Below, piece by piece: positions 1-8,949 of a stretch of DNA of 18,280 nucleotides (positions within the stretch are counted from its first letter, which is position 1; each line of letters opens with the position of its first letter). The stretch comes from a bacterium (lineage in GTDB: Bacteria > Methylomirabilota > Methylomirabilia > CAVQYV01), in assembly GCA_043800755.1 (NCBI GenBank), contig JAZDMQ010000144.1:1-18280 (forward strand). Direction: 5' to 3'. The notes beneath the pieces are model-generated. The model had not been told where the DNA came from and made no database searches. It saw only the letters and a program-made list of their open reading frames with translations. A program made the translations under genes and the position numbers.

Positions 1-6
1 GCAACA

Positions 7-53
7 TGTCACTTTCAAGGCGGCAACACGGGTTCAAATCCCGTTAGGGAGCA
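7..53 (+). tRNA. Partial, degenerate tRNA-Glu(TTC)-like sequence (anticodon arm to acceptor 3' strand); 5' part absent or outside the window
   Basis: CTTTCAA anticodon loop followed by GGCGG-CAAC, a perfect T-arm ACGGG-TTCAAAT-CCCGT, then TAGGGAGCA. The 5' side of the anticodon stem (TGTCA) pairs poorly, the acceptor strand has an apparent extra base, and no CCA is encoded. Confidence 0.55.
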
Positions 54-219
54 AGTTTTAGGTTGCCTTTAGCCATAGAAATTGGTAATTGTAAGAACTG
101 GCGGGGTCTGAGTATATGCGTCCGCTAAAGAAGCATGAGGGACTCTTTCTCTTTCCATTCGCTTTCCAGACTGATTTCCTTGGAGACAAACTCTTTATTC
201 TCAATAGCTTCCAAATGGA

Positions 220-250
220 GACGCGGGTTCGACTCCCGCCGCCTCCACCA
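220..250 (+). ncRNA. ssrA: Isolated tmRNA 3' end (T-arm, acceptor strand, CCA); probable displaced att fragment
   Basis: GACGCGGGTTCGACTCCCGCCGCCTCCACCA matches the conserved tmRNA 3' terminus. The 219 nt upstream do not resemble a tmRNA body: no recognisable tag ORF, and they contain a tRNA-like piece. Confidence 0.75.
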
Positions 251-271
251 GCCTCATTCTTCCAATTGAAA

Positions 272-308
272 GCCTCGCTGGCTCCCTGGCTGCGCGGGGC
301 GTTTTTTT
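272..308 (+). terminator. Rho-independent terminator after the tmRNA fragment
   Basis: GCCTCGC...GCGGGGC stem followed by GTTTTTTT. Confidence 0.7.
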
Positions 309-387
309 GCCCTCCAGAAGAGGCTTTGTGGCCTCGGAGAAATCCTTTGGGCCAAATCGGAATCTAAATAAATGGGAGGTAATTGCT

Positions 388-1035
388 ATGAACGGTCAAG
401 AGAGAAGGAGTCTATTAAGCTGGGTAATCGTGGCCTTGGCAGCGGCATGCATCCTGGGCGGTTTCTTGAGCAGCGCATACGCCCACATGGAAAAGCCGGA
501 TGCCAAGTTGCTTCTAAGACAAGCCATGCGCAGATTGTGGGCGGAGCATGCGATCTGGACCCGTCAGTATATCGCGGCCTCCATCGCGGGCAGTCCGGAT
601 GCGCCGGAGGCCGCAAACCGGCTCCTCAGAAACCAAGAGGATATCGGTTACGCCATTGCCCCTTTTTATGGGATAGAGGCCGGCAAGAGGCTCACCGGTC
701 TGCTCAAGGCTCATGTCCTGATCGGTCTCGAGGTGGTGGAAGCAGCCAAATCTGACGATCAAACCAAATTGAAAGAGGCGGATGAGAGGTGGCACGCCGG
801 CGCCGATGACCTGGCCGCGTTTCTGAGTAACGCAAATTCGTATTGGCCAAAGAAGGATATTAGGGGTCTATGGTATCGGCACCTGTCGCTGACGACCGAA
901 CAGGCCACGGCACGATTGCAGAAGAACTGGAAGGAGGACATTGCCGCCTTCGATAGGGATTTCGATCAAATGATGGCGATGGCCGACGGGCTGGCAGAGG
1001 GCATCATCAAGCAGTTCTCAGCCAGGTTTTATTGA
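388..1035 (+). CDS. Exported all-helical protein of unknown function (family often loosely annotated as glycosyltransferase or acetylglutamate kinase)
   Basis: GGAGGT RBS at 375-380 and ATG at 388, preferred over 307. N-terminal signal peptide ending AYA. Family-like motifs LWxEHxxWTR, RLLRNQEDIG, PFYG, LLKAH, WHAxADxxAxFL, HLxLT, MADxLxxGIxKQF. Confidence 0.75.
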   Translation: MNGQERRSLLSWVIVALAAACILGGFLSSAYAHMEKPDAKLLLRQAMRRLWAEHAIWTRQYIAASIAGSPDAPEAANRLLRNQEDIGYAIAPFYGIEAGKRLTGLLKAHVLIGLEVVEAAKSDDQTKLKEADERWHAGADDLAAFLSNANSYWPKKDIRGLWYRHLSLTTEQATARLQKNWKEDIAAFDRDFDQMMAMADGLAEGIIKQFSARFY

Positions 1036-1079
1036 GAATGGCGAGGGAGAAGGTCAAACTCACTTCATTCCCTCCAATC

Positions 1080-1116
1080 AAACGCCCCGTCAGCCAGAGG
1101 CTGGCGGGGCGTTTTT
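1080..1116. terminator. Probably bidirectional intrinsic terminator between convergent genes
   Basis: AAACGCCCCGTCAGCC-AGA-GGCTGGCGGGGCGTTT(TT) inverted repeat. Confidence 0.8.
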
Positions 1117-1174
1117 CAACTCCTCTGCTCCCTGCAATCATGCCCGAAATCCCTCATCCTTTCTTGAGATTCGC

Positions 1175-2209
1175 TCAGGGCAGATCAATCGGATAGTGCC
1201 CGTACTTCTTCACCGCCTCCGACATAGCCAGCACGCACTCCGGCTTCAGGTAAGAGGCCAGGCTGTTCCCGCTGGTCAGGACATATCCTCCCCCTGGCCC
1301 AACATCCCGGATCAATTCCCGCACCTCCCGATCCACCTCTTCCGGTGACCCCATCCCCAAGAGGTTTAGGTCCACATTGCCCAGCAGGCAGACCCGATCC
1401 CCGTAATCCCGCTTCATCGCACGGATGTCCGTGGCCCCCTTCTCGTTGGGATGGATCCCGGCCACCCCCAGATCGATCAGGACATCCACCACCTTGGTGA
1501 TGTTGCCGTCGCTGTGGAGTACCCAGGGGATGGTCACCTTCTCCAATACCCGCCGGTAGCGCGGAACCATCAATTCTTTGAAGACCTCCGGGGAGAACAT
1601 CAGACCACTCTTGAAGGCGAAGTCGTCGGTCGTAACAAAAAGGTCAAAGCCCATCCGGCAGACGCGCTCCGCCACCACGGCCATCCAGTCGAAATAGAGG
1701 TCGAGCAGTTTCTCGACCAAGCCTCGATTGTCAAATAAGGCCAGAGAAAAATTCTCCATCCCCAGGCTCAATATGGTCTGGAACATACCGATGCGGGTTA
1801 CAAAGGCCAGGGCGTACTTGCCCTTGTTTTCGATGAACTCCTCGGCATCGGCAAGAAGCTCGTCAGCGTGGGGATCGGGGAGCTCGACCATCGAGAGGTC
1901 GGCTTCGGTCCTGATCATCCCCTCGCCAGGAAAACTGCGCCCATCAATACCCTCTTGCATGCGGGCATAGGTGGGGGCCCTCAGAAGATAACTGATGCTG
2001 TCCAATCCCAGGCGCGAGGCAAGGGCCTTGGACTCCTCCAGGGTGTAGAGATTCCTTACCGCGGTGGCGACCGCTTCCGTGGGCACCTGCGGCCAGCCCA
2101 TCAGCTTCTGGGCCAGGGCCCGATCCACTGCCAGCTCGAACCAAGGAACGCGATCCGGCTCTTTCCGATCGAGCGCGGCCATCACTCTTTCCCTTGAAGT
2201 CATCTCCAT
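1175..2209 (-). CDS. Uroporphyrinogen decarboxylase-family (URO-D/MtaA/CmuA-like) protein
   Basis: N-terminal MTSRERV..AL...EPDRVP; DD(F)AFKSG.MFSPE.FKE; LHSDGN; C-terminal GNVD..LL..GSPEEV..EV...I...GPGGGYVL. GGAGG RBS 7 nt upstream. Confidence 0.85.
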   Translation of the reverse strand: MEMTSRERVMAALDRKEPDRVPWFELAVDRALAQKLMGWPQVPTEAVATAVRNLYTLEESKALASRLGLDSISYLLRAPTYARMQEGIDGRSFPGEGMIRTEADLSMVELPDPHADELLADAEEFIENKGKYALAFVTRIGMFQTILSLGMENFSLALFDNRGLVEKLLDLYFDWMAVVAERVCRMGFDLFVTTDDFAFKSGLMFSPEVFKELMVPRYRRVLEKVTIPWVLHSDGNITKVVDVLIDLGVAGIHPNEKGATDIRAMKRDYGDRVCLLGNVDLNLLGMGSPEEVDREVRELIRDVGPGGGYVLTSGNSLASYLKPECVLAMSEAVKKYGHYPIDLP

Positions 2210-2384
2210 TTACATGCCTCCGTTCATTAAAGGTTTTGAGATCCCTCCAAATCACCGCCACCCACGACTTTTCGTCAGGGGCTTGATTCAAGGCTCTGAA
2301 GAAAGGGAGTTAGCCGAAATTTGTCATTTGTTTTGTCGAGTGTGTAGGCCCTGGCCCCTTGTCCGCTGGCCCATTGCCTGGCCC

Positions 2385-2413
2385 TATTTACCCCGCCAAG
2401 CCTCTCTTGTCAA
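2385..2413 (-). promoter_or_regulatory. Candidate sigma70 promoter for the URO-D-family gene
   Basis: Minus strand TTGACA-17 nt-TAAATA; the -10 box is imperfect. Confidence 0.4.
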
Positions 2414-2506
2414 CCTTTTTCACCTGAGCCCTCGACCCATGGGGGATGGCGGGGAGGCTTCTCCCCTCTCCCTCCGCGCCTGCCCCTTATAGCGATGCCT
2501 TTTCCA

Positions 2507-2536
2507 TTGACAGGCCAGCCCCCTGGCCCTTATCTT
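2507..2536 (+). promoter_or_regulatory. Candidate sigma70 promoter for the LUD-domain gene
   Basis: TTGACA-18 nt-TATCTT, about 55 nt upstream of ATG 2592. Confidence 0.5.
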
Positions 2537-2591
2537 ATCTTGGCTTTCCCAATCCAAGGTAAGAAAAACTCTTTGACGGAGGTGTTCAGCG

Positions 2592-3233
2592 ATGACGGAA
2601 TTATATCAATGGTTTCAGGGACTTCAGGTAGAGAGGACCCTCAAGGCATTAAAGAGGAATAACTTTGATGCGCAATTCGTTCCCAAGGCTGCGGATGCCA
2701 CCGGAGAGATCCTGAAGAGGATCCCGGAGGGGGCAACCGTGGGAATCGGAGGATCGCTCACCCTGAGTCAGATCGGCTTCTTCGCGGAGGCCAAGAAACA
2801 CCCGATCAGGCTTTTGAATCCCTTCTCTCCCGGCCTCTCCGCAGAGGAGGCATTGCAGATCCGACGGGAGATCTTCCTCGCCGATTTTTTCCTCAGCAGC
2901 AGCAATGCCGTGACCGAAGACGGGAAGCTCTTCAACATCGATGCCACCGGCAATCGGGTGGCGGCGATGACCTTCGGCCCCAAGAAGGTGATCATGGTCT
3001 GCGGGGCCAATAAGATCGTCAAGGACATCGCCGAGGCCCAGAGAAGGGTCCAAGAGTGGGTCGCCCCCATGAACGCCAAGCGGCTCGGGTTCAAAACGCC
3101 CTGCGCGTCAACGGGCCAATGCGCGGATTGCGACTCCCCCCAGAGGATCTGTAACATCTATGCCATATTGGCCAAGAAGCCGCTCCGCACGGATATGACC
3201 GTGCTCTTGATTGGCGAGCCCTTAGGGCTGTGA
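2592..3233 (+). CDS. LUD-domain (LutC/YkgG-like) lactate utilization protein
   Basis: GIGGSxTL, ADFFLSSSNAVTEDGKLFNID.TGNRVAAM.FGPKKVI..GxNKIV, C-terminal PC..TG.C.DC.SP.RICN; GGAGGT RBS. Confidence 0.85.
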   Translation: MTELYQWFQGLQVERTLKALKRNNFDAQFVPKAADATGEILKRIPEGATVGIGGSLTLSQIGFFAEAKKHPIRLLNPFSPGLSAEEALQIRREIFLADFFLSSSNAVTEDGKLFNIDATGNRVAAMTFGPKKVIMVCGANKIVKDIAEAQRRVQEWVAPMNAKRLGFKTPCASTGQCADCDSPQRICNIYAILAKKPLRTDMTVLLIGEPLGL

Positions 3234-3240
3234 AGAAATG

Positions 3241-3277
3241 AAAAAGCCAGGAGGTCTTTGGACGAGGCCTCCTGGCT
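3241..3277 (-). terminator. Intrinsic terminator for the minus-strand dehydrogenase, between convergent genes
   Basis: AGCCAGGAGGTCT...AGGCCTCCTGGCT stem with an A-run on the left, which is a U-tract on the minus strand. Confidence 0.7.
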
Positions 3278-3304
3278 CAAGGGAATGTCCAATCCTCTAA
3301 TGCG

Positions 3305-4342
3305 TTAATCCACCGGCTGCAGGACAATCTTCAGGCCGTCTTTCTTCTCGAACTTCTCAAACCCCTTCTGCCAGTCGGTGATGGGCATCACATCGGTCAC
3401 CAGAGGTCGGGTTTTCACCTTTCCCATGGCCATGTACTGGATGGCCTTTCTCCAGGCCGTCCACTTGTGGGAAAAGACGCCGGTCGCCTTGATCTCCTTG
3501 TAGGCAATGGCCTCGAAGTTGACCTCGATCTTCTTGCCGAAGAGGCCGAACTGGGTGTACTTTCCCTGCTTGCGCAGCATCTGGATCCCCATATCCACGG
3601 CAGCCGGGGCCCCTGAGCATTCGAGCAAGACATCGGCGCCGTAGCCCTCGGTCAGGTCCTTCACTGCGGCCACCGCATCCTCCTTCTCCACATTGAGGGT
3701 GTAATCCGCACCCAACTCCTTGGCCAGCTGCAGGCGCGGGCCATCCACCGAGGTGCCGACGGCCATGACCCTGGCCCCCTCTCCCTTGGCCAGCTGAACA
3801 TTGATCAGGCCCAGCGTTCCCGGCCCGGAGACCACCACGAAATCCCCGGAGGTGATCCCAGTAAGATCCGTGACCCCATGGACACAGCAGGCCAGGGGCT
3901 CGGTCAGGGCCCCGGAGAGGAAATCCACATTCTCCGGAAGCTTATGGATGCGGATCGCCGGGACCACCGTATAGTTGGTGAAGCCCCCATTGAACCAGTA
4001 TCCTAAGACCCGGCGCTCGGCGCAGAGCTGGTAGTATCCGGTCCGGCAATAGAGGCACTTGCCGCAGGTGGAAAAGGTGGTCTCGGTGGTCACTTTCTCT
4101 CCCACGGCAATCCCCTCCACATCCTTGCCCACCTCGACCACCACCCCGGCCATTTCGTGTCCCGTGACCACGGGAAGGCGCATGGGAATGGCGATGGCCT
4201 CATGGTAGACATGGATATCGGAGCCGCAGATACCGGTCCCCTTGATCTCGATCTTCACCTGATCCGGACCCACCTTTGGCTCTTCCAAGTCCCTGATCTC
4301 CATATTGCCGTGGCCATGTGCCACCTTCATCAACCCTTTCAT
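3305..4342 (-). CDS. Zinc-dependent medium-chain dehydrogenase (sorbitol/L-iditol/threonine dehydrogenase-like)
   Basis: GICGSD, GHE and EP catalytic Zn ligands; C-x2-C-x2-C-x7-C structural Zn; GPGTLG Rossmann motif. Start placed at MKGLMK (4342) behind AGGAG. Confidence 0.88.
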   Translation of the reverse strand: MKGLMKVAHGHGNMEIRDLEEPKVGPDQVKIEIKGTGICGSDIHVYHEAIAIPMRLPVVTGHEMAGVVVEVGKDVEGIAVGEKVTTETTFSTCGKCLYCRTGYYQLCAERRVLGYWFNGGFTNYTVVPAIRIHKLPENVDFLSGALTEPLACCVHGVTDLTGITSGDFVVVSGPGTLGLINVQLAKGEGARVMAVGTSVDGPRLQLAKELGADYTLNVEKEDAVAAVKDLTEGYGADVLLECSGAPAAVDMGIQMLRKQGKYTQFGLFGKKIEVNFEAIAYKEIKATGVFSHKWTAWRKAIQYMAMGKVKTRPLVTDVMPITDWQKGFEKFEKKDGLKIVLQPVD

Positions 4343-4444
4343 CGTTCTTCTCTCCTTTCTTTTTTCCTCCATCCCTCATCCGTCGCGAAATTCAATTCCC
4401 CCATCTCACGCCTTTCTTCGCTATCTTAGACCCATCAGACCATC

Positions 4445-4780
4445 TCAGCAACTGACCTTGTCCTCCGGCAGGTAGGGGGCCTTGATGAAGAGGAGTTGGA
4501 CCGGCTCGGCCGTATCGTTTCGAATATCGTGTCTCTCTTTGGCCTGCAGCCGGAAGGCATCCCCCTCGACCACTCGATGCTCCACGCCCTCCACGATCAT
4601 CAGGGGGGTTCCCTTCCAGAAATAAAAGGTCTCCGCCACCCTCTCGTGATAATGGGGGCCCAGGCCCTGGCCTGGGAGAAGGCGGATCAATCCCCACTCA
4701 TAGAGTGGACCCCGAAAGAGATATTTCGGGCCTGATGCGCCCTGCCGATAGGCCAGATCCTTTTCATTGACCCTCTCCAT
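4445..4780 (-). CDS. Cupin-domain protein
   Basis: HYHxxxxExFY and ERHDIRN cupin metal motifs; co-oriented, 12 nt downstream of comM. Confidence 0.8.
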   Translation of the reverse strand: MERVNEKDLAYRQGASGPKYLFRGPLYEWGLIRLLPGQGLGPHYHERVAETFYFWKGTPLMIVEGVEHRVVEGDAFRLQAKERHDIRNDTAEPVQLLFIKAPYLPEDKVSC

Positions 4781-4792
4781 AGGCTACCCTCC

Positions 4793-6334
4793 TCACCTGC
4801 CGAAGTAGGCCGGGCCCCGGTCCAGGCTACGATACTGGATGGCCTCGGCGATATGCTCCGCAGCAATCTCCTCCTGGGCCGCCAGATCCGCGATGGTCCG
4901 GGCGACTTTCAGGATGCGGTCATGGGCCCGGGCGGAAAAGCCGAGACGCTCCATGGCCGATTCCAACAGTTGCTCTGCACCGCCCTGCAAGGCACAGAAC
5001 TTCCGCAGATGCCGCGAGCTCATGTGGGCATTGCAGAAGATCTTGTATTTGGCGAACCTCTCCCCCTGGATCGAGCGGGCGGACCTGACCCTCTCGGCGA
5101 TGAGGGCGGAGGAATCCCCGGCCTGGCCCCTCGCCATCTCCTGATATTTCAGGGGAGGCACCTCCATGTGGATATCGATGCGATCCAAGAGCGGGCCCGA
5201 GATTCGAGAAAAATAGTGATGAATCTGGGAAGGGGTGCAGTAGCATTCCCGGCGTGGGTCGTTGAGGTAGCCACAGGCGCAGGGATTCATGGCTGCGGCC
5301 AACATGAAGCGGGCCGGATAGGTGATGGAGGCCACGGCCCGGGAGATGGTGACCACCCCATCCTCTAAGGGCTGTCGCAGTGCCTCCAGGGCTCCCCGCT
5401 TGAACTCGGGCAGCTCATCCAGGAAGAGGACCCCGTTGTGCGCCAGGCTCACCTCGCCCGGCCGGGGGATGTTCCCTCCTCCTACCAGGCCGGCATCGGA
5501 GATGGTGTGATGAGGGGCCCGAAACGGGCGGGTGGCAAGAAGGGCGGTCTCCGGGGGAAGGAAGCCGGAAATGCTGTAGATCTTGGTGGTGACCAGGGCC
5601 TCCTCCAGCGAGAGCGGGGGGAGGATGGTGGGGAGGCGACGGGCCAGCATGGTCTTTCCCGCCCCAGGGGGGCCGATGAACAAGATATTATGGCTTCCGG
5701 CGGCCGCCACTTCCAGTGCCCTTTTCACATGCTCTTGTCCCCGGACATCGGCGATATCCACCTCGTATTGGGAGTTCTGGGCAAAGACCCCCTCCACATC
5801 GACCTGGGTGGGCTCTATTGACTTCTCCCCATTGAGGAATTCCACCACCTCCGGCAGGCTGTGAAGGCCGAATACCTTGACATCCCTCACCACAGCAGCC
5901 TCTTGCTGGTTTTCCCAGGGGAGGAGTATCCCCTCCAGGCCCTGGTCTCTCGCCACCACCGCCATGGGAAGGGCTCCCCTGATGGGCCGCAGAATGCCAT
6001 CCAGTGAAAGCTCACCCGTCACAAGGAGCGATTGCAGCCTGGCCCTACTCACCAAATCCTGCGCCGCCAGGACCCCCACTGCCATGGGCAGGTCAAAGGC
6101 CGCCCCCTCCTTCTTGATTCCCGCCGGGGCGAGGTTCACGGTGATGCGCTTGGAGGGGAACTTCAGACCCGAATTCTTGATCGCGGCCCTGATTCGGTCC
6201 CGGCTCTCTTTGACCGAGAGATCGGGGAGCCCCACCAGAGAGAAGGAAGGCAACCCCTGGCTGATGTCGATCTCCACCTCCACCAGGTAGGCCTCGATTC
6301 CGGAGATGGAGCCGCTCAGGACCTTAGCCAGCAT
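4793..6334 (-). CDS. comM: ComM/YifB Mg-chelatase-like AAA+ ATPase
   Basis: [26 protein letters not shown], Walker [50 protein letters not shown]. Confidence 0.95.
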   Translation of the reverse strand: MLAKVLSGSISGIEAYLVEVEIDISQGLPSFSLVGLPDLSVKESRDRIRAAIKNSGLKFPSKRITVNLAPAGIKKEGAAFDLPMAVGVLAAQDLVSRARLQSLLVTGELSLDGILRPIRGALPMAVVARDQGLEGILLPWENQQEAAVVRDVKVFGLHSLPEVVEFLNGEKSIEPTQVDVEGVFAQNSQYEVDIADVRGQEHVKRALEVAAAGSHNILFIGPPGAGKTMLARRLPTILPPLSLEEALVTTKIYSISGFLPPETALLATRPFRAPHHTISDAGLVGGGNIPRPGEVSLAHNGVLFLDELPEFKRGALEALRQPLEDGVVTISRAVASITYPARFMLAAAMNPCACGYLNDPRRECYCTPSQIHHYFSRISGPLLDRIDIHMEVPPLKYQEMARGQAGDSSALIAERVRSARSIQGERFAKYKIFCNAHMSSRHLRKFCALQGGAEQLLESAMERLGFSARAHDRILKVARTIADLAAQEEIAAEHIAEAIQYRSLDRGPAYFGR

Positions 6335-6799
6335 CTAAAAGCCCTTGGCAATGGCGAACAGGCTGGTGATCTTCTCGTTGGTCTCCCGCAGGCGCTGTGA
6401 GAGGGTCTGGCAGAAGACCCAGAGCAGCTTGTAGGCCAGCTCTTTATGGTTAGAGAGGAGCTGGGAGAAATCGGCCTTGTCCATCAGCAAGAGCCGGCAA
6501 TCGGTATGGGCGATGGCGGACGCGGAGCGGGGAAATTCGTCGATCAGGGCCATCTCCCCAAAATAGCTGCCTTTATCCAGGATGGCCAGGGCCTCCTCCC
6601 CCGCTCCAATGACATACTTGCTGATCCGGATCTGCCCTTCCAGAACGAGGTAGAAGGCATCTCCCGCCTCCCCTTCCTTGAAGACCACCTCCTCCTTGGT
6701 GAAGTCCTTCTCCGCGGTAATGGCAGAGATGAGGGCCAGCTCCTCGTTGGAAAGGCCCTTAAAGAGATAGATGCTGCGAAATAGCTCGGCAATCTCCAT
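6335..6799 (-). CDS. Stand-alone cyclic nucleotide-binding domain protein (Crp-like N-domain and C-helix, no HTH)
   Basis: VFKEGE.GD.FY.V..G, phosphate-binding cassette FGEMALID..PRSASA, RLRxTN C-helix. Start MEIAEL at 6799 behind AGGAGG. Confidence 0.85.
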   Translation of the reverse strand: MEIAELFRSIYLFKGLSNEELALISAITAEKDFTKEEVVFKEGEAGDAFYLVLEGQIRISKYVIGAGEEALAILDKGSYFGEMALIDEFPRSASAIAHTDCRLLLMDKADFSQLLSNHKELAYKLLWVFCQTLSQRLRETNEKITSLFAIAKGF

Positions 6800-6828
6800 G
6801 GGTTCTCCCTCCTTGGCCTGGTTTTGCT

Positions 6829-7209
6829 CTAAGCAAAGGTCTCTATTCCATCCTGATCGAAGGCATCCCTGATCAGCTCTATCCTCTCCAACCTCCCCTC
6901 CCGGGAGACCTGGATAGCCACCACATCGAAGCGGCAGTCTCCCTCCCACTTCTTCTGAGAGAGATAAAACTGGGCAGCCTTGATGATCTGCCGCTGCTTG
7001 GAAAGGTTGACGGAGGCCTCCGGGTTGCCGCTTCCCCTGCGGCTCCGCACTTCAATGAAGGCCAGAACCTCCCCTTCCAGGCCGACCAGATCCAACTCCC
7101 CCAAGGGGCAAGCATAATTCTCCTCTAAGATGCGATAGCCCTCCCTCTTCAACAGGGCCTTGGCCAACCCCTCGGCAGATTTGCCCAGGTCCTTTCTCTC
7201 TCGCGTCAT
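6829..7209 (-). CDS. yraN: YraN family (UPF0102) putative endonuclease
   Basis: G..AE..A...L...GY.IL..NY....GELDLV......LAFIEVR, CRFDVVAI; typical position after rnhB. Confidence 0.9.
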   Translation of the reverse strand: MTRERKDLGKSAEGLAKALLKREGYRILEENYACPLGELDLVGLEGEVLAFIEVRSRRGSGNPEASVNLSKQRQIIKAAQFYLSQKKWEGDCRFDVVAIQVSREGRLERIELIRDAFDQDGIETFA

Positions 7210-7880
7210 AGCTCATCTTTTCCGCCTGGCGGTCGAATCCGGTCGCCAAACAGGTCTAAAGACCTCCCTGGCCCCCATCCGAGGCACTCCTTCACTCCCT
7301 TGAAGGTAAGCCGATGGATGGGACAAGGCCCGTGCTCCGTCAAGGCCTGCAAGTGGTCGGAAGTCCCATATCCTTTGTGCTTCCTAAATTGATAAGGGGG
7401 GAAAAGGTCATGATATTGGACCATCAAGCGATCCCGCGTCACCTTGGCCACGATCGAGGCAGCCGCAATGGAGGCAGAGCGGGATTCCCCCTTGATCAAG
7501 GCCCAAGAAGGGATGGGAAGGGAGGGCAGGTGATTTCCATCAACCAGGAGGAGATGGGGGAGAGGGCTCAGGGAGGATACGGCCTTTTCCATGGCCAGGA
7601 GGCTGGCGCGAAGGATGTTGATGCGGTCGATGGTCACCTCATCGACGATCCCGACCCCGATGCCCAAGGCGGTAGAATGAATGATCGAGAAGAGCCTCTC
7701 CCGCTGCTCGGGGCTCAGTTTCTTGGAATCGGCCAGGCCCACGATCCGCGCCCCCCGGGGGAGAATGACGGCCGCTGCCACGACCGCCCCGGCCAAAGCT
7801 CCCCTGCCCGCTTCATCGACACCCGCGATGAGGCGGTATCCAGAGGCATGCAGCTCTTCCTCATAGTCAGTGAGGGCCAT
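7206..7880 (-). CDS. rnhB: Ribonuclease HII
   Basis: GVDEAGRG.LAG, DSKKL, LVDG, SIAAASIVAKVTRD, HKGYGT..H, HR.TF. Confidence 0.95.
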   Translation of the reverse strand: MALTDYEEELHASGYRLIAGVDEAGRGALAGAVVAAAVILPRGARIVGLADSKKLSPEQRERLFSIIHSTALGIGVGIVDEVTIDRINILRASLLAMEKAVSSLSPLPHLLLVDGNHLPSLPIPSWALIKGESRSASIAAASIVAKVTRDRLMVQYHDLFPPYQFRKHKGYGTSDHLQALTEHGPCPIHRLTFKGVKECLGWGPGRSLDLFGDRIRPPGGKDEL

Positions 7881-7901
7881 GAAATTTCCGAGGCCAAAAG
7901 G

Positions 7902-8546
7902 TTAATTTGGGAGAGAAGACCCCGAGCCCCGCACGGTGAGCCGGGAAGGAGTGGCGATCCCCCCCGAAAGGATAATGCGAATCCCCTCCTCGATGGTGAG
8001 GTCTGAATAGTATAACTCCTCTCGGGGAAAGAGGACGATCTCCCCGAGATAGAGGTGATTGGTGGGGATATAGACGGCGGCGAGGGGTATCGCCCTTTGC
8101 TCCTCGGATTCCAACACCGAATGGTCGGTGAGAAACCCGAAGGAGAAAACGCCTTTGCGGGGATACTCTACCAACACAAAGCGCTTGAAGGAGGTGCGAT
8201 TCTGTGGGGAAAAGGCATCCACCATTTGCTTGACCGAGAGATAGACGATCTTGAAGAGGGGAATCCGCGAAAGAAAGGCCTCGCCCCAGGAGAGCAGACG
8301 CTGACCCACCACATTGGTAGCCACCAGTCCCACCAGGAAGATGAGGAGGATCGTGGAAACGAATCCCAAGCCCGGGAAATGATACCCCAATATCCGGTCG
8401 TAAATGGGCGCCAGAAAACCATCCACCAGGTCAAAGGCCCACCAGATCAGGAAGATGGTCACCAAGATGGGGATGGTTACCACCAGACCGGCAATGAATA
8501 TGGTCTTGATCTTCGCCCTGAGGTTACCCATTGCCCAGACTCGCAT
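7902..8546 (-). CDS. DUF502 family membrane protein (alternative start 8531)
   Basis: FIAGL...IP, two TM segments, RIP..K.VY..VKQ, F...VLVEYPR.G....GF.T, VYIPT, IILSGG. Confidence 0.85.
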   Translation of the reverse strand: MRVWAMGNLRAKIKTIFIAGLVVTIPILVTIFLIWWAFDLVDGFLAPIYDRILGYHFPGLGFVSTILLIFLVGLVATNVVGQRLLSWGEAFLSRIPLFKIVYLSVKQMVDAFSPQNRTSFKRFVLVEYPRKGVFSFGFLTDHSVLESEEQRAIPLAAVYIPTNHLYLGEIVLFPREELYYSDLTIEEGIRIILSGGIATPSRLTVRGSGSSLPN

Positions 8547-8549
8547 CGG

Positions 8550-8897
8550 TCATCTCGACTTTTTCTCCTTGATGCGGGCGGCCTTGCCCTTCAGCTTCCG
8601 CAGGTAATAGAGCTTGGCTCTCCTCACCTGGCCTTTGCGAACCACCTCTACCTTCTCGATCATCGGCGAATGGAGGGGAAAGGTTCGCTCCACCCCCACT
8701 CCATAAGTCATCTTGCGCACGGTAAAAGTGGAGCCGAGGCCGCCCTTTCTCAGACGCATGACCACGCCCTCGAAGGCCTGCAACCTCTCCTTCTCTCCCT
8801 CTTTCACCTTGACATGGACCCTGACGGTATCCCCTGGCTGGAACCCGACCAGGTCCTTGCGCAGCATCTCCTCTTCCACCATCTCAATGACATTCAT
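8550..8897 (-). CDS. rplS: 50S ribosomal protein L19
   Basis: [50 protein letters not shown]. Confidence 0.98.
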   Translation of the reverse strand: MNVIEMVEEEMLRKDLVGFQPGDTVRVHVKVKEGEKERLQAFEGVVMRLRKGGLGSTFTVRKMTYGVGVERTFPLHSPMIEKVEVVRKGQVRRAKLYYLRKLKGKAARIKEKKSR

Positions 8898-8949
8898 CTT
8901 CGTCTCTCCTTACCTCAAAGCAAATGGGGAGAAGGGCTAAAGATCGGCC

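Noticed and set aside
116..387. ORF 116-367 and the 307 start of the following gene
   Set aside because: They run through the tmRNA fragment and terminator; a strong SD supports ATG 388.
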